NCBI GenBank assembly: GCA_038211455.1
Contig: JBBQVP010000001.1
Coordinates: 15,593-79,592, forward strand
Reading direction: 5' to 3'
Source of the DNA: Burkholderiales bacterium
Lineage (GTDB): Bacteria > Pseudomonadota > Gammaproteobacteria > Burkholderiales > SG8-39
DNA: 64,000 bases
The notes beneath the pieces are model-generated. The model saw only the letters and a list, made by a program, of their open reading frames with translations. It was not told the DNA's origin and made no database searches. This document shows, piece by piece, positions 31,998-40,057 of the stretch. A program made the translations under genes and the position numbers. Each line of letters opens with the position of its first letter. Position 1 is the stretch's first letter.

Positions 31998-33205
31998 GCG
32001 GCGGCTTTCTGTTGCTGCGAGGATTTCACGGGCGCGGCCCGGCTCGAGACCAGGTACGCCATCGCGGCCTGCACGCCGCCCTGCTGGTGCGGAACGCCGG
32101 CCAGTTCCAGGCCCATCTCGACGCCGGCGAGGGTGCCCATCAGCGTGAGGTCGTTGAAATCGCCGAGGTGGCCGATGCGAAAGATCTTGCCCGCGAGTTT
32201 GCCGAGGCCCGTGCCGAGCGACATGTTGAAGTTTTCAAGGATCACGCGGCGCACCTCGTCGGCGTTGACGCCGGCCGGCACCATCACCGCGGTGAGGGCG
32301 CCCGAGTACTCCGCCGGGTTCAGCGCCAGCACTTCCAGGCCCCAGGCGCGCACCGCGCGGCGGGTCGCCTCGGCGTGCCGCTGGTGGCGGGCGAACACAT
32401 TGGCGAGGCCCTCCTCGAACAGCATGTCGAGCGCTTCGCGAAGGCCATAGAGCAGGTTGGTCGCGGGGGTATACGGGAAGTAGCCGGTCTTGCCGCTGGC
32501 GAGCATTTCGTCCCAGGCCCAGTAGGCACGCGGCAGTTTTGCATCCCTGGATGCGGCGAGCGCCTTCTCGCTGATCGCGTTGAACGACAGCCCGGGCGGC
32601 AGCATCAGGCCCTTCTGCGATCCAGCCACCGTGACATCCACGCCCCATTCGTCGTGCCGGTAGTCGATCGAGGCGAGCGACGAGATCGTGTCCACCATGT
32701 AGAGCGCCGGATGTTGTGCAGCATCGATCGCGCGGCGCACCTCGGCTATCCGCGAGGTGACGCCGGTCGAGGTCTCGTTGTGCACCACGCAGACCGCCTT
32801 GATCGTGTGGCCCTTGTCCTCCGACAGGCGCCTTGAAATCGCTTCGGGATCCGCGCCATGGCGCCAGTCCCCGGGCAGGAACTCGGTCACCAGGCCCAGT
32901 CGCGTCGCGAGTTTCTGCCAGAGCGCGGCGAACTGGCCGGTCTCGCTCATCAGCACACGGTCGCCAGGCGACAGCGTATTCACCAGCGCGGCCTCCCAGG
33001 CGCCGGTGCCGGAGGCCGGGTAGATCACCACATGGGCGTTAGTCGCGAACACCTTCTTCATGCCGGCGAGGCAGGCTTTGCCGAGCGCGGCAAAGTCCGG
33101 GCCGCGGTGATCCATGGTCGGGAAGTCGATCGCGCGCAGCACCCGGTCGGGGACATTGGTCGGGCCGGGGATCTGGAGGAAATGGCGGCCGGCATGGTAG
33201 CTCAT
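31994..33205 (-). CDS. class V aminotransferase (serine/alanine-glyoxylate or pyruvate aminotransferase family)
   Basis: MSYHAGRHFLQIPGPTNVPDRVLRAI...HNETSTGV...VAGSQKGLMLPPGL (PLP lysine). The ATG at 33205 is preceded by AGGAG. There is an ATGA overlap with the crotonase gene. Confidence 0.85.
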   Translation of the reverse strand: MSYHAGRHFLQIPGPTNVPDRVLRAIDFPTMDHRGPDFAALGKACLAGMKKVFATNAHVVIYPASGTGAWEAALVNTLSPGDRVLMSETGQFAALWQKLATRLGLVTEFLPGDWRHGADPEAISRRLSEDKGHTIKAVCVVHNETSTGVTSRIAEVRRAIDAAQHPALYMVDTISSLASIDYRHDEWGVDVTVAGSQKGLMLPPGLSFNAISEKALAASRDAKLPRAYWAWDEMLASGKTGYFPYTPATNLLYGLREALDMLFEEGLANVFARHQRHAEATRRAVRAWGLEVLALNPAEYSGALTAVMVPAGVNADEVRRVILENFNMSLGTGLGKLAGKIFRIGHLGDFNDLTLMGTLAGVEMGLELAGVPHQQGGVQAAMAYLVSSRAAPVKSSQQQKAAA

Positions 33206-33220
33206 GGAGTGCTCCTGATT

Positions 33221-33301
33221 TGTATTCAAAAAGTGTTTTCGGCTGCAGCAAAGGGGTGCAGCATTGCGTTTTCTGGTCTATTTTTGTATTATGTATTCAA
33301 A
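33221..33301. promoter_or_regulatory. AT-rich divergent control region with a direct repeat TGTATTCAAA (x2); possible GntR operator(s)
   Basis: TGTATTCAAA occurs at 33221-33230 and 33292-33301, with an extra TGTATT at 33285-33290. The region lies between the divergent aminotransferase and GntR genes. Confidence 0.25.
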
Positions 33302-33310
33302 TTTTACAGG

Positions 33311-34021
33311 ATGCAAGTCATGGGAAACAGCGAGATGGGCAGCCTGGAAACCCTGGCCGCGGCGCGCATCGAACGCCGCCCGTTGCACGAAGAGGTCATC
33401 GACCAGTTGCGCGATCGCATCGTGCAGGGGGAGCTCGCGCCAGGCGTGCGCCTGAACGAGAGGGTGCTGTGCGAGCAGCTGGGCATCTCGCGCACCCCGC
33501 TGCGCGAGGCGATCAAGATGCTGGCGGCCGAAGGCCTGGTGGAATTGCTTCCAAACCGCGGTTCGATCGTGACCCCGCTCAAGGCCGCCAACATCGCGGA
33601 CACGCTGGCGGTGATGGGCGCGCTGGAAGCGGCAGCGGGCGAGCTGGCCTGCACCAACGCCAGCGAGGCCGAGATCAGTGAGATCCGGGCGCTGCATTTT
33701 GAGATGCTCGCGTACCATGCGCGCAATGACCTTGCCGGATACTTCAAGTGCAACCAGCGCATCCATGATCGGATCATCGAGGCTTCGGGAAACCCGGTGC
33801 TGACCAATACCTATCGTCAGTTGAATGCCAACGTGTTGCGCGCGCGCTACATGGCCAACCTGTCGCAAGAGCGTTGGGACGTCGCGGTGCGAGAGCACGA
33901 CGCGATCCTCGCCGCGCTGGTGGCGCGGGATGCTGTCTGGCTCAAGCGCCTGCTTGCGGAGCATCTCGCGCACAAGGTGGTCAGCGTCATGGGCGCGCTG
34001 GCCGCAAACGCGGTGGCGTGA
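33311..34021 (+). CDS. GntR-family (FadR-type C-terminal domain) transcriptional regulator
   Basis: LNERVLCEQLGISRTPLREAIKMLAAEGLVELLPNRGSIV is a winged HTH, followed by an all-helical FCD-like C-terminus. The start is ATG 33311 or 33320. Confidence 0.85.
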   Translation: MQVMGNSEMGSLETLAAARIERRPLHEEVIDQLRDRIVQGELAPGVRLNERVLCEQLGISRTPLREAIKMLAAEGLVELLPNRGSIVTPLKAANIADTLAVMGALEAAAGELACTNASEAEISEIRALHFEMLAYHARNDLAGYFKCNQRIHDRIIEASGNPVLTNTYRQLNANVLRARYMANLSQERWDVAVREHDAILAALVARDAVWLKRLLAEHLAHKVVSVMGALAANAVA

Positions 34022-34025
34022 GGGG

Positions 34026-36962
34026 ATGAACGCGCCCGAAAAAGCGCTCAGAGTGGCGAACGATACCTCCGTCCGGACGGTGCGGGTGGTGCGCACCGCG
34101 CCAGGAGATTCCTCTTTCGCGTCGCGGTTGCGCCGCGAGGTCGACGGCGAGGTGCTGTTTGACGCCGCCTCGCGCGGGCGCTATTCGACCGACGCCTCCA
34201 TCTACCAGATCGAGCCGGTAGGCATCGTGGTACCCCGCACGCCCGAGGCGGCGCGCACTGCGGTCAGGATCGCGGCCGAAGCGGGCGTCCCGATCCTGCC
34301 GCGCGGCGCCGGCACTTCGCAGTGCGGCCAGACTGTGGGCGCCGCGCTGGTGATCGACAATTCGAAGTACTTGAACAAAGTGGTTGAGGTCGACCCAGTG
34401 GCGCAGACGGTGCTGGTGGAGCCCGGGATTGTGCTCGACCAGCTTAACGCGGGGTTACGCGCGCACAAACTCTGGTATCCGGTTGACGTATCGACAAGCG
34501 CGCAGGCGACGCTCGGCGGCATGGCCGGCAACAACTCCTGCGGCTCGCGCTCGATCGCTTACGGCAACATGGTGCACAACGTCCTGGCGATCGACGCCCT
34601 GCTGCCGTCGGGGGAGCGCTACCGCTTCGGGCCGATGCAGGATCGCTCCGGCCCGCCAGCCTACCTCGCGCTGCTCGACAAGCTGGGCGAGTTGTACGCG
34701 CGGGAGAAAGACGAGATCGCAGCGCGCTTCCCGAAATTGCTGCGCAAGGTTGCCGGTTACAACCTGGATCATCTCGGGCCGCCGCACGCCAACGCTGCCC
34801 ACCTGCTGGTCGGCTCGGAAGGCACGCTCGCTTATTTCGAGCGCCTGCTTCTCAAGCTCGCGCCGCTGCCCGCGCACAAGACCCTTGGCGTGGTGCACTT
34901 CCCGAAGTTCTACACCGCGATGGATTCCGCACAGCATATCGTGAAGCTGGGGCCGAGCGCGGTGGAGCTGGTCGATCGCACGATGATCGACCTGGCGCGC
35001 GAGATCGGCGCGTTTCGGACGACCGTCGATGCGGTCATCAAGGGCGAACCCGACGCGGTGCTGCTGGTGGAGTTCTCGGGCGAAGACCATGCCGCGCAGG
35101 TCGCGAAGGTGAAGCAACTGGTCGAACTCATGGGCTCGCTCGGCCTGCCCGGCAGCGTGGTCGAAGTGATCGACCCCAAGCTGCAGAAGGACTTCTGGGA
35201 GGTGCGCAAGGCGGGCCTCAACATCATGATGTCGATGAAAGGTGACGGCAAACCCGTTTCGTTCATCGAGGACTGCGCGGTGCCCCTCGAACATCTGGCC
35301 GAATACACCGACCGGCTGACGCAGGTGTTCCTCAAGCACGGCACGCGCGGCACCTGGTATGCGCACGCTTCGGTCGGCACGCTGCACGTGCGTCCGATCC
35401 TCGATATGCGCCGTGAGGGCGCCGCGCAGATGCGCGCCATCGCCGAGGAAGCCTGTGCCCTGGTCAGGGAGTACAAGGGCGCGTATTCGGGTGAGCACGG
35501 AGACGGGCTGGTGCGCTCCGAGTGGATCGCGCCGTTCTTCGGGCCGCGCCTGACCGGTGCGCTTGCCGAGATCAAGGGCTGGCTCGATCCGCAGGGCTTG
35601 ATGAATCCCGGGAAGATCGTCGCGCCCACGAAGATGGATGACCGCAGCCTTTTTCGCTTCAAGCCCGGCTACCAGGCGGGAGTCTCGCCGACCGCGCTCG
35701 ACTGGTCAGAATGGGGTGGTTTCGACAAGGCCGTCGAGATGTGCAACAACAACGGCCATTGCCGGAAATTCGATGCGGGTACGATGTGCCCGTCGTTCCG
35801 CGCCACCGGCGACGAGCAGCACCTCACACGCGGCCGCGCCAACACGCTGCGCCTTGCCCTGTCAGGGCAGATCGAAGGACTGATGGGCGCCGACGCGCTC
35901 GCCTCCGACCAGGTTAAGGACGCCATGGACCTCTGCGTTTCCTGCAAGGGTTGCAAGCGCGAGTGCCCGACCGGCGTAGACATGGCAAAGATGAAAATCG
36001 AGTTCCTGCATCACTACAAGCAACGTCATGGACTCACGCTTCGCGACCGGATAGTCGCTTTCCTGCCGCGCTATGCGCCCTGGGTCACGCGGCTGGCACC
36101 TCTTGTGAACCTCCTCTCCGCTCTGCCCGGCAGGGAGGCGCTCACGGGGCTGTCCTCGCGGCGCAGCCTGCCGAAATGGCACCGCGCTCCCTTCATCGAC
36201 CGCCTGCGGACCGTCTCGGGCGGCCGCGAGGTTGTGCTGCTGGTGGACACCTTCAGCCGTTACTTCGAGCCAGAGAACGCGCGCGCTGCGCTGACCGTGC
36301 TCGACGCCGCCGGCTATCGCGTGCATGTCGCGCGGCCCGTGGGAGCGCACGACCGGCCGCTGTGCTGCGGGCGCACCTACCTGGCGACGGGCCTGGTCGA
36401 GGAGGCAAGGCGGGAGGCGCGTCGCATGCTCGATGTGCTCGGACCCTATGTCGAAAAGGGCATGCCGATCCTCGGGCTGGAGCCCTCCTGCCTGTTCACG
36501 TTGCGTGACGAGTTCGAGTCGTTGCTGCCCGGCGAAGCGACCCGCGCGCTGGCGGCGAAGGCCCAGTTGTTCGAAGAGTTCCTTGCCGCGGAAGCCGAGG
36601 CCGGGCGCCTCAGGCTCGAGCTGAAGCCGCTGGGGAAGAAAGCCCTGCTGCATGGTCACTGCCACCAGAAGGCGTTTGCCGTCATGGGCGCGGTCGAGAA
36701 AACCCTGAGACTGGTGCCGGGCCTCGAAGTCAGCACGATAGATTCGGGCTGCTGCGGGATGGCAGGCAGCTTTGGCTATGAGGCAGAGCACTACGATGTG
36801 TCGATGAAGATGGCCGAGGCGAGCCTCCTGCCGGCGGTGCGTGCGGCGCAAGCCGACACGCTGATCGTCGCCGACGGGACCAGCTGTCGCCACCAGATTG
36901 CCGATGGCGCGCAACGCGAAGCGCTGCATGTCGCCCGCGTACTGGCTCTTGCCCTGGCTTGA
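34026..36962 (+). CDS. FAD-binding plus (Fe-S)-binding oxidoreductase, fused GlcD-like/GlcF-like (YdiJ-like 2-hydroxyacid dehydrogenase type)
   Basis: 978 aa. It has an N-terminal FAD-binding PCMH domain (PRGAGTSQCGQTVG) and a central CxxCxxC region (CVSCKGCKRECP, and CNNNGHCRKFDAGTMCP). C-terminal CCG-type motifs are also present (GLEPSCLF, GHCHQKA, DSGCCGMAG). The ATG is 5 nt after the GntR stop. Confidence 0.9.
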   Translation: MNAPEKALRVANDTSVRTVRVVRTAPGDSSFASRLRREVDGEVLFDAASRGRYSTDASIYQIEPVGIVVPRTPEAARTAVRIAAEAGVPILPRGAGTSQCGQTVGAALVIDNSKYLNKVVEVDPVAQTVLVEPGIVLDQLNAGLRAHKLWYPVDVSTSAQATLGGMAGNNSCGSRSIAYGNMVHNVLAIDALLPSGERYRFGPMQDRSGPPAYLALLDKLGELYAREKDEIAARFPKLLRKVAGYNLDHLGPPHANAAHLLVGSEGTLAYFERLLLKLAPLPAHKTLGVVHFPKFYTAMDSAQHIVKLGPSAVELVDRTMIDLAREIGAFRTTVDAVIKGEPDAVLLVEFSGEDHAAQVAKVKQLVELMGSLGLPGSVVEVIDPKLQKDFWEVRKAGLNIMMSMKGDGKPVSFIEDCAVPLEHLAEYTDRLTQVFLKHGTRGTWYAHASVGTLHVRPILDMRREGAAQMRAIAEEACALVREYKGAYSGEHGDGLVRSEWIAPFFGPRLTGALAEIKGWLDPQGLMNPGKIVAPTKMDDRSLFRFKPGYQAGVSPTALDWSEWGGFDKAVEMCNNNGHCRKFDAGTMCPSFRATGDEQHLTRGRANTLRLALSGQIEGLMGADALASDQVKDAMDLCVSCKGCKRECPTGVDMAKMKIEFLHHYKQRHGLTLRDRIVAFLPRYAPWVTRLAPLVNLLSALPGREALTGLSSRRSLPKWHRAPFIDRLRTVSGGREVVLLVDTFSRYFEPENARAALTVLDAAGYRVHVARPVGAHDRPLCCGRTYLATGLVEEARREARRMLDVLGPYVEKGMPILGLEPSCLFTLRDEFESLLPGEATRALAAKAQLFEEFLAAEAEAGRLRLELKPLGKKALLHGHCHQKAFAVMGAVEKTLRLVPGLEVSTIDSGCCGMAGSFGYEAEHYDVSMKMAEASLLPAVRAAQADTLIVADGTSCRHQIADGAQREALHVARVLALALA

Positions 36963-36977
36963 TCCGCCACCCAAAGG

Positions 36978-37001
36978 TGTATCGATATCGATACACAAAC
37001 T
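36978..37001. repeat. 24-nt repeat TGTATCGATATCGATACACAAACT containing a perfect 18-bp palindrome (copy 1)
   Basis: Identical to 51907-51930. At this site GTGTATCGATATCGATACAC is a 20-bp perfect palindrome. It starts 16 nt after the oxidoreductase stop. Confidence 0.8.
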
Positions 37002-37029
37002 TCCCTGTTGGACGCGTCCAGAGCCGACT

Positions 37030-37677
37030 TTGCTATTCAAAAGATCAAAATTCAAGCAGCTTGACCATGCTTCGCTTGCCGCTGCGGTAGGCGCCCTTGC
37101 GGATGTCGAGCCGCACTTCGCGGAGGTCGTCGCACGCCACGGCACGCCACCCCTGTGGCCCCGCAAGCCGGGGTTTTCCACCCTGGCGCTGCTGATGCTC
37201 GAGCAGCAGGTGTCGCTGGCCCAGGCGCGTGCCATGTACGCGCGACTTGAGAAAGCCGCCGGGGGTGTCACGCCGAAAAAGGTGGCGACCCTCGGGGAGA
37301 CGGGGATGCGTGAAATCGGTATCACGCGGCAAAAGTCCGCCTACCTTGCTGCTCTGGCCACTGAACTCAACGGTGGCGCGCTGGACCTGGCCGCGATCGC
37401 AAAGCTGCCTGACGACGCGGCCATCAAGGCGCTTGACGACCTGCATGGCGTCGGGCCCTGGACCGCGCAGTGCTATCTGCTGTTCGCCCTGCGCAGGCCC
37501 GACGTGTTCCCGACTGCCGACCTCGCCCTGGTGGAGGCCGTGCGCCAGCTTTGGAAGCTGCGCGCACGGCCCTCGCCCGCGGCCATCGAGAGGCGCGCGA
37601 ATGCGTGGCGGCCTTATCGCTCCGTGGCCGCCCGGCTGCTCTGGCATCACTACCTGTCGGAAAAGTCGCGCAACTAG
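37030..37677 (+). CDS. HhH-GPD DNA glycosylase (3-methyladenine DNA glycosylase II / AlkA-like)
   Basis: LLMLEQQVSLAQARAMYARL...GITRQKSAYLAALA...LHGVGPWTAQCYLLFALRRPDVFPTADLAL is an HhH-GPD motif with the catalytic Asp region. The start is uncertain. TTG 37030 is chosen because the upstream in-frame ATG codons (36904, 36928) overlap the previous gene by 35-59 nt. Confidence 0.65.
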   Translation: MLFKRSKFKQLDHASLAAAVGALADVEPHFAEVVARHGTPPLWPRKPGFSTLALLMLEQQVSLAQARAMYARLEKAAGGVTPKKVATLGETGMREIGITRQKSAYLAALATELNGGALDLAAIAKLPDDAAIKALDDLHGVGPWTAQCYLLFALRRPDVFPTADLALVEAVRQLWKLRARPSPAAIERRANAWRPYRSVAARLLWHHYLSEKSRN

Positions 37678-37724
37678 ACGCCTGCCGCACTAGTTGCGGG
37701 TAAGGATCGCGCAGCAGGTGCAAA

Positions 37725-38624
37725 ATGGACGCCATGGAGAACAATCCCACCCGGCAGGACCCTGCACCGCAGCGCTTCGGGCGGCCCGAAACCGGCTGGA
37801 GGCTGCGCGTCTACACCGTGATCTTCGAGGCCGATACGCGTGCCGGGCGGGCCTTCGATCTCGCGTTGATCGCGCTGATCCTCGCAAGCGTCGCGGTCGT
37901 GGTGCTCGACAGCATGTCGACGTTCCACGCAAGGTACTTCCGGGAGCTGGAGGTGCTCGAGTGGACTTTCACGCTGTTGTTCACTGCCGAATACATCGCG
38001 CGCCTTGCCTGTGTGCGCCATCCGCTGCGCTATGCGCGCAGCGTGTTCGGGATCATCGACCTTTTTGCCGTCCTGCCCACCTACCTTGCCGTACTGGTGC
38101 CTGGACTGCACGCGCTGATCGACGTGCGCCTGCTGCGCTTGCTGCGCCTGTTCCGGATCCTGAAGCTTGCCGCTTACGTGGCCGAGTTCAGCGCGCTGGG
38201 GCGCGCGCTTGCCGCATCGCGCCGCAAGATTTTCGTCTTCATGTCCTTCGTGATGGTAATTGTTGTCGTGATGGGCACCCTCATGTACGTGATCGAGGGG
38301 CCCGACAACGGCTACACGAGCATACCGGTCGGCGTGTACTGGGCGATCACGACAATGACGACGGTAGGCTTCGGCGACATCACGCCCAAGACCGACTTGG
38401 GCCGCATGCTGGCCTCGCTGATGATGCTGATCGGCTGGGGCACGCTTGCGGTTCCGACGGGGATCGTCAGCGCCGAGTTCGCGGCACTGAAGACCCATCG
38501 CGAGCCCACCACACGCAGCTGCCACGAGTGCCTGAGCGAAGGCCACTCACCCGAGGCACGTTACTGCCGGGATTGCGGCGCTGAACTGCCGCCCTGGCAG
38601 CACGACTCCCCGCACGCGGGCTGA
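37725..38624 (+). CDS. voltage-gated-type (6TM) potassium channel with a C-terminal zinc-ribbon
   Basis: The S4 segment is RLLRLLRLFRILKL (about 38126-38170). The selectivity filter is TTVGFGD (38361-38378). The C-terminal CHEC...(12)...CRDCG is a four-Cys ribbon (about 38518-38586). Confidence 0.85.
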   Translation: MDAMENNPTRQDPAPQRFGRPETGWRLRVYTVIFEADTRAGRAFDLALIALILASVAVVVLDSMSTFHARYFRELEVLEWTFTLLFTAEYIARLACVRHPLRYARSVFGIIDLFAVLPTYLAVLVPGLHALIDVRLLRLLRLFRILKLAAYVAEFSALGRALAASRRKIFVFMSFVMVIVVVMGTLMYVIEGPDNGYTSIPVGVYWAITTMTTVGFGDITPKTDLGRMLASLMMLIGWGTLAVPTGIVSAEFAALKTHREPTTRSCHECLSEGHSPEARYCRDCGAELPPWQHDSPHAG

Positions 38625-38655
38625 TACGGCGGCGTCTACGCGACCCGGGCGGATC

Positions 38656-39405
38656 TCAGCGCAGCGGGATCCTGCATTGCTGCATGCCTTTGATCCGTGC
38701 GTCGAGGTCCTCTGCAGCGCTGCGCGAAGCGCTGTGGAATTTCTCCCATTTCCCGCTGGCGGAATCGTAGAACACCATGCTGCCTTCAATATCAATCGAA
38801 CGCCCGACCAGCACGAGCACAACTCGCCCGCCGGCGTAGTGGATTCCGAGCGGGGCGCGCGGCGCGCCCGACGCGACAAGGTAGTCGTTCAGGTCAGCGC
38901 CGATGCGATAGCCGGCCCCGGGCGGGCATGGGTTGGCGGCGTTCGCGCGTACCTGCGCGACCAGCGGACGCATCGCAGTTTCGAAGCGCGCCATGCTGGT
39001 CGCGTCCAACGGCGACCAGAGAAACGCAGAGAGCAGCACGCCACACGGCAGGGCAACGAGTCGCGCGATCCAGCGTCGCCAGCGAACGAACAGCCGCCCG
39101 GTGAACTGCATCCACGCAAGCTCGATGCTGCGAAAAACAACCCCAGGGAGGGTGACCAGCAGCACCAGTTGTTCCGGCTGGTGCACGTGGGGCCACGCAT
39201 TCGCAAGCAGGTGGCAGATCCACAGTGTGCCCAGCAGCCAGACCAGCCACCAGGTCGCCGCAATGATCTTCTCCCGCTTGAGCGTGATCGGTGCAACCTC
39301 GGTTCCGGTAACCACGGGTCCGGGAACTTCGGGCGTCGGGTCCAGGTCAGGCCTTCCCGCAACAAGCCTTGAACTTTTTTCCGCTGCCGCAGGCGCAGCG
39401 GTCAT
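38656..39405 (-). CDS. hypothetical membrane protein (3 predicted TM segments plus a ~130-aa C-terminal domain)
   Basis: Open frame with hydrophobic segments (IIAATWWLVWLLGTLWICHLL, LVLLVTLPGVVF, LVALPCGVLLSAFLW). No family was recognised. The ATG at 39405 overlaps the upstream gene by 59 nt; GTG 39315 is an alternative start. Confidence 0.5.
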   Translation of the reverse strand: MTAAPAAAEKSSRLVAGRPDLDPTPEVPGPVVTGTEVAPITLKREKIIAATWWLVWLLGTLWICHLLANAWPHVHQPEQLVLLVTLPGVVFRSIELAWMQFTGRLFVRWRRWIARLVALPCGVLLSAFLWSPLDATSMARFETAMRPLVAQVRANAANPCPPGAGYRIGADLNDYLVASGAPRAPLGIHYAGGRVVLVLVGRSIDIEGSMVFYDSASGKWEKFHSASRSAAEDLDARIKGMQQCRIPLR

Positions 39406-40057
39406 TGCGCCCGGGTTTGGGCGCTGCACGCTTTACCGTGGTCGGCCGGTTGCGCAGGGCCAGACCGTATTTCCTGGCATCCATGATCGCGGGCCACAGG
39501 TCGTCGCCGCATTCTTGGAGAAGTTTCGCCCACTCCTTGTCCGGAAACCGCTCGCGCTCCGCCGGTGGCAACGCGTTAGCCAGGACATGGAAGGGGAACA
39601 GGAGCTCGTCGATTTCGGCGGGGTCGCCGGCGGCTTCCCACGCGGCAGCGGCGAGGTCGATCGCGTCGAGATAGCCGATGCACCAGTGTTCGAACTTGTT
39701 GCTGACCCCGGGCGTGTCCTCGTAGAACACCAGCGCCGCATCCTCCGTGCCCTCCAGCGCGCGCTCCTGCTGATGGTAGAACCGCACCAGCAGGTCGATC
39801 CATTCGGTAGTCTCAGTGGCGGTTCCAGCGGTCGCATCGACGGCTACGCCCGGTTGCGCGACCGGCCAGTCTTCGGCCCCCAGCACGCGCGGCAGCCATT
39901 CGTCCGGCGGGACCTCGCGCGGCGCGCTGGCGATGCCGAACAGGAATCCCTGCAGCATGTCCAGGGGCATCGGCTCCCAGCCTGGCGTTTCCGAATCGAG
40001 CATCAGTTCGAGTCGGTCGAGTTGCTGCCCGGATAGCGGCCTGGTCGGGGAGGTCAT
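39347..40057 (-). CDS. YecA/UPF0149-like protein with a C-terminal SEC-C metal-binding motif
   Basis: [15 protein letters not shown] (UPF0149-like N-terminal domain) and the terminal [18 protein letters not shown] (SEC-C motif). There is an ATGA overlap with the lgt stop. Confidence 0.8.
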   Translation of the reverse strand: MTSPTRPLSGQQLDRLELMLDSETPGWEPMPLDMLQGFLFGIASAPREVPPDEWLPRVLGAEDWPVAQPGVAVDATAGTATETTEWIDLLVRFYHQQERALEGTEDAALVFYEDTPGVSNKFEHWCIGYLDAIDLAAAAWEAAGDPAEIDELLFPFHVLANALPPAERERFPDKEWAKLLQECGDDLWPAIMDARKYGLALRNRPTTVKRAAPKPGRNDRCACGSGKKFKACCGKA

